Shown: positions 61,166-64,000 of the stretch, piece after piece
How positions within the stretch are numbered: the stretch's first letter is position 1
Layout of the letters: each line of letters begins with the position of its first letter
Assembly (NCBI RefSeq): GCF_011386835.1
Contig: NC_088795.1
Span: forward strand, 33,418,001-33,482,000
Length of the DNA stretch: 64,000 bases
DNA from: Chrysemys picta bellii
Lineage: Eukaryota
Direction of reading: 5' to 3'
Notes under the pieces: model-generated
Told to the model about the DNA's origin: nothing
Database searches by the model: none
The model's input: the letters and a program-made list of their open reading frames with translations, nothing else
Program-made: the position numbers and the translations under genes

Positions 61166-61486
61166 GAAGGGCTAGTTTTTCAAAGATGATGAACACCTGC
61201 GGCTCCCAGTGACTTGCTAGGAGTAGGGTGTTAAATACAATTGACCTCCTTAGGGCCATCATCAGCATTTGAACCTGGGACCCTCAAGATTAAAAGCATA
61301 TGTCTCTTTCACGTGAGCTAAAGAAACAGTTATGTTAACTAGCAGATTCTTAACCCCTTATGTGACCCAGTCACTACAGGGAGACAAAGACCCGTACTGT
61401 CCTAATACCTCTTAAAATTAGGCCCTCTACTAGCTATAGTTAGACACTGACAAAGAGCTCTTGTCCCTTAATTAAACTGTATGTAT

Positions 61487-64000
61487 TAAGAACTTACGAA
61501 TGGCCATATTGTGTCAGACCAATGGTCCATCTAGCCCAGTATCCTGCCTCCTGACAGTGGCCAGTGCCAGATGCTTCAGAGGAAATGAACAGAAGAGGGC
61601 AATTTATCAAGTGATCCATCCCCTGTTGTCCAGTCCCAGTTTCTGGCAATCAGTACTTTAGGGATCTGCAGACCATGGGGTTGCATCCCTGACCATCTTG
61701 TCTAATAGCAATTGATGGACCTATCCTCCATGAAATTGTCTAATTCTTTTTTGAATCCAGTTATAGGTTTGGCCTTCACAACATCCTGTTGGTTGACTGT
61801 GCGTTGTGTGAAAAAGTGCTTCCTTATGGTTGTTTTAAATGTGCTGCCTATTAATTTTATTGGGGGATCCCTGGTTCTTGTGTTATGTGAAGGAGTAAGT
61901 AATACTTCCCTATTCACTTTAGCTACACCATTCATGACTTTGTAGATCTCTATCACGTTCCTCCTTAGTCGTCTCTTTTCTAAGCTGAACACTCCCAGCC
62001 TTTTTAATCTCCCCTCACATGGAAGCTGCTCCATACCCCAAAACATTTTTATTGCCCTTCTCTGTACCTCTTCCAATTCTAATTTCTTTTTTCAGATGGA
62101 GTGACCAGAACTGCACACACTATTCAAGATGTGGGCGTACCATGGATTTATATAGTATTATCTATCCCTTTCCTAATGGTTCTTGATATTCTGGTAGCTT
62201 TTTTGACTGCCACTGCACATGGAGTAGTTGTTTGCAGAGAACTCTCCCCGATGACTCTAAGATCTTTCTTGAGTGGTAATAACAAATTTAGACCCCATCA
62301 TTTTGTATCTATACATGGGATTGTTTTCCAATGTGCATTACTTTGTATTTATTGATATTGAATTTCCTTTGCCATTTTGTTGCCCACCCACCCAGTTTTG
62401 TGAGATCTCTTTGTAACTCTCGGCAGTCAGCTTTGGACTTAACTATCTTGAGTAATTTTGTATCCTCTGCAAACTTTGCCACCTCACTGTTTACCCCTTT
62501 TTCCAGATCACTTATGAGTATGTTGAACAGCACTGCTATTTACCTCTCTCCATTATGAAAACTGATTATTTATTCCTATCCTTTGTTTCCTATCTTTTAA
62601 CCAGTTACTGATCCATGAGAGGATCTTCTCTCTTATCCCGTGACTGCATACTTTGCTTAAGGACCTTTGGGGAGGGACCTTTTAGCCTCTGACACAAAGG
62701 CTTTCTGAAAGTCCAAGTACCCCACTGGATCACCCTTGTCCACATACTCCCTCAAAGAATTCTAATAGATTGGTCAGGCATGATTTCCCTTTAAAAAAGC
62801 TGTGTTGAGTCTTTCCCAACATATCATGTTCATCTATGTCTGATAATTCTTGTTATTTACTATAGTTTCAACCAATTTGCCTGGTGCTGAAGTTAGGCTT
62901 ATCGGCCTGTATTTGCCAGGATCATCCCTGGAGCCTTTCAAAAACTGGTGTTGTATTAGCTGTCCACCAGTCATCTGATACAGAGGCTGGTTACATACCA
63001 CAGAATTTCTTATTGGAATTCCAGAGAGAACTCTTGGGTGAATAGCATATGGTCAGGGCCGGCTCCAGGCACCAGGCAACCAAGCACATGCTTGGGGCGG
63101 CACCTGGTAAAGGGCGGCCAATCTTGGGGTGGCGGGGGGCAGCGCAGCATTCCGCGGGGGGAGCGCTCCGGCAGCGCGGCGCGTGGCGGGGGGGCGGCGC
63201 GGCGTGCGGCACTCGGGGGGCAGGCTCCGGCGGCACGGCGCTTGGCGGGGTGGGGGGCGTGGGGCGCGGTTCTCGGGGGGGGGGGTTCCGGCAGTGCGGC
63301 GCTCGGCGGGGGAGGGGGGGGGGGAGACTCGGCGGGGCGGCGCTTTTTTTTGCTGCTTGGGGCAGCAAAAAAGTTAGAGCCGGCCCTGCATATGGTCCTG
63401 GTGATTTATTACTGTTTAATTTGTCAATTTGTTCCAAAACCTCTTCTATTGACACCTCAGTCTGGGACAGTTCCTCAGATTTGTCATCTAAAAAGAATGG
63501 CTCTGCTGTGGGATTCTCCCTCACATCTTCTTCAGTGAAGACTGATGCAAAGAAATAATTTACTTTCTCCACAAAGGCCTTGTCTTCCTTGAGTGCTCAT
63601 TTAGCACATCAATCATCCAGTAGCCCCAGACTGGCAGGTTTCCTGTTTCTGATGTACTTAAACAAAAATGTTTGCTGTTATTTTTTTGTGTCTTTTGCTA
63701 GTTGCTCTTGAAATTCTTTTTTGGCTTGCCTAATTATACTATTACACTTGATTTACAAGAGTTCATGCCCCTTTCTATTTTCCTCAGCAGGATTTGACTT
63801 CCAATTTTTAAAAGATGTCTTTTTTTGTCTTTAACAGCCTCTTTTAGACGTGGTGGCATTTTTCTGGTTCTCTTTCTTTTTTGTCTTCATCTTCATCTTC
63901 TTTTTAATTTGGGGTATACATATAGTTTAAGCCTCTATTATGATATTTTTAAAAAAGTTTCCATGCAGCTTGCAGGCATTTCACTCTTGTGACTGTTCCT
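61487..64000 (-). mobile_element. CR1 LINE (ORF2 remnant plus 3' UTR), continues beyond the window
   Basis: Minus-strand peptides MEEVQRRAIKMFWGMEQLPCEGRLKRLGVFSLEKRRLR, LFNILISDLEKGVNSEVAKFAEDTKL and IDKLNSNKSPGP; 3' end ...GGCCATTCGTAAGTTCTTA; frameshifted. Confidence 0.93.
63054..63388. mobile_element. Young, very CpG-rich hAT MITE (335 bp) inside the CR1
   Basis: 12-bp perfect TIRs CAGGGCCGGCTC / GAGCCGGCCCTG; perfect 8-bp TSD CATATGGT at 63046-63053 and 63389-63396. Confidence 0.93.

Noticed and set aside
62991-63572. Four overlapping ORFs of 82-193 aa
   Set aside because: Produced by the GC-rich MITE sitting in a CR1 remnant.

Overview
Vertebrate genomic DNA, almost certainly from a turtle, judged by the tortoise tRNA-derived SINE and the CR1, Penelope-like and hAT repeat families recognised by eye. 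The only host gene is the 5' end of LEF1 on the minus strand. Coding exons 1-3 lie at 12820-12608, 10187-10124 and 8666-8533, all with GT-AG junctions and a continuous reading frame, and intron 3 runs off the left edge. A CpG-island promoter spans about 11.9-14.4 kb and a second CpG-rich island about 17.3-18.4 kb. The remaining ~45 kb is upstream non-coding DNA full of transposon debris: CR1, L2- and MIR-like remnants, solo LTRs, a dead Gypsy pol, and hAT, Tigger and Harbinger MITEs. I found no novel protein-coding system; the other listed ORFs are TE remnants or GC-rich artefacts. The most interesting structure is a set of seven Penelope-like element (PLE) insertions carrying a minimal hammerhead-ribozyme fold. 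Two copies look intact but have a non-canonical CCGAAGA core, and one insertion is a spacer-less 92-bp palindrome. Six have 12-14 bp target duplications, and three share the same internal breakpoint. Repeat family names come from recognition, not database searches.
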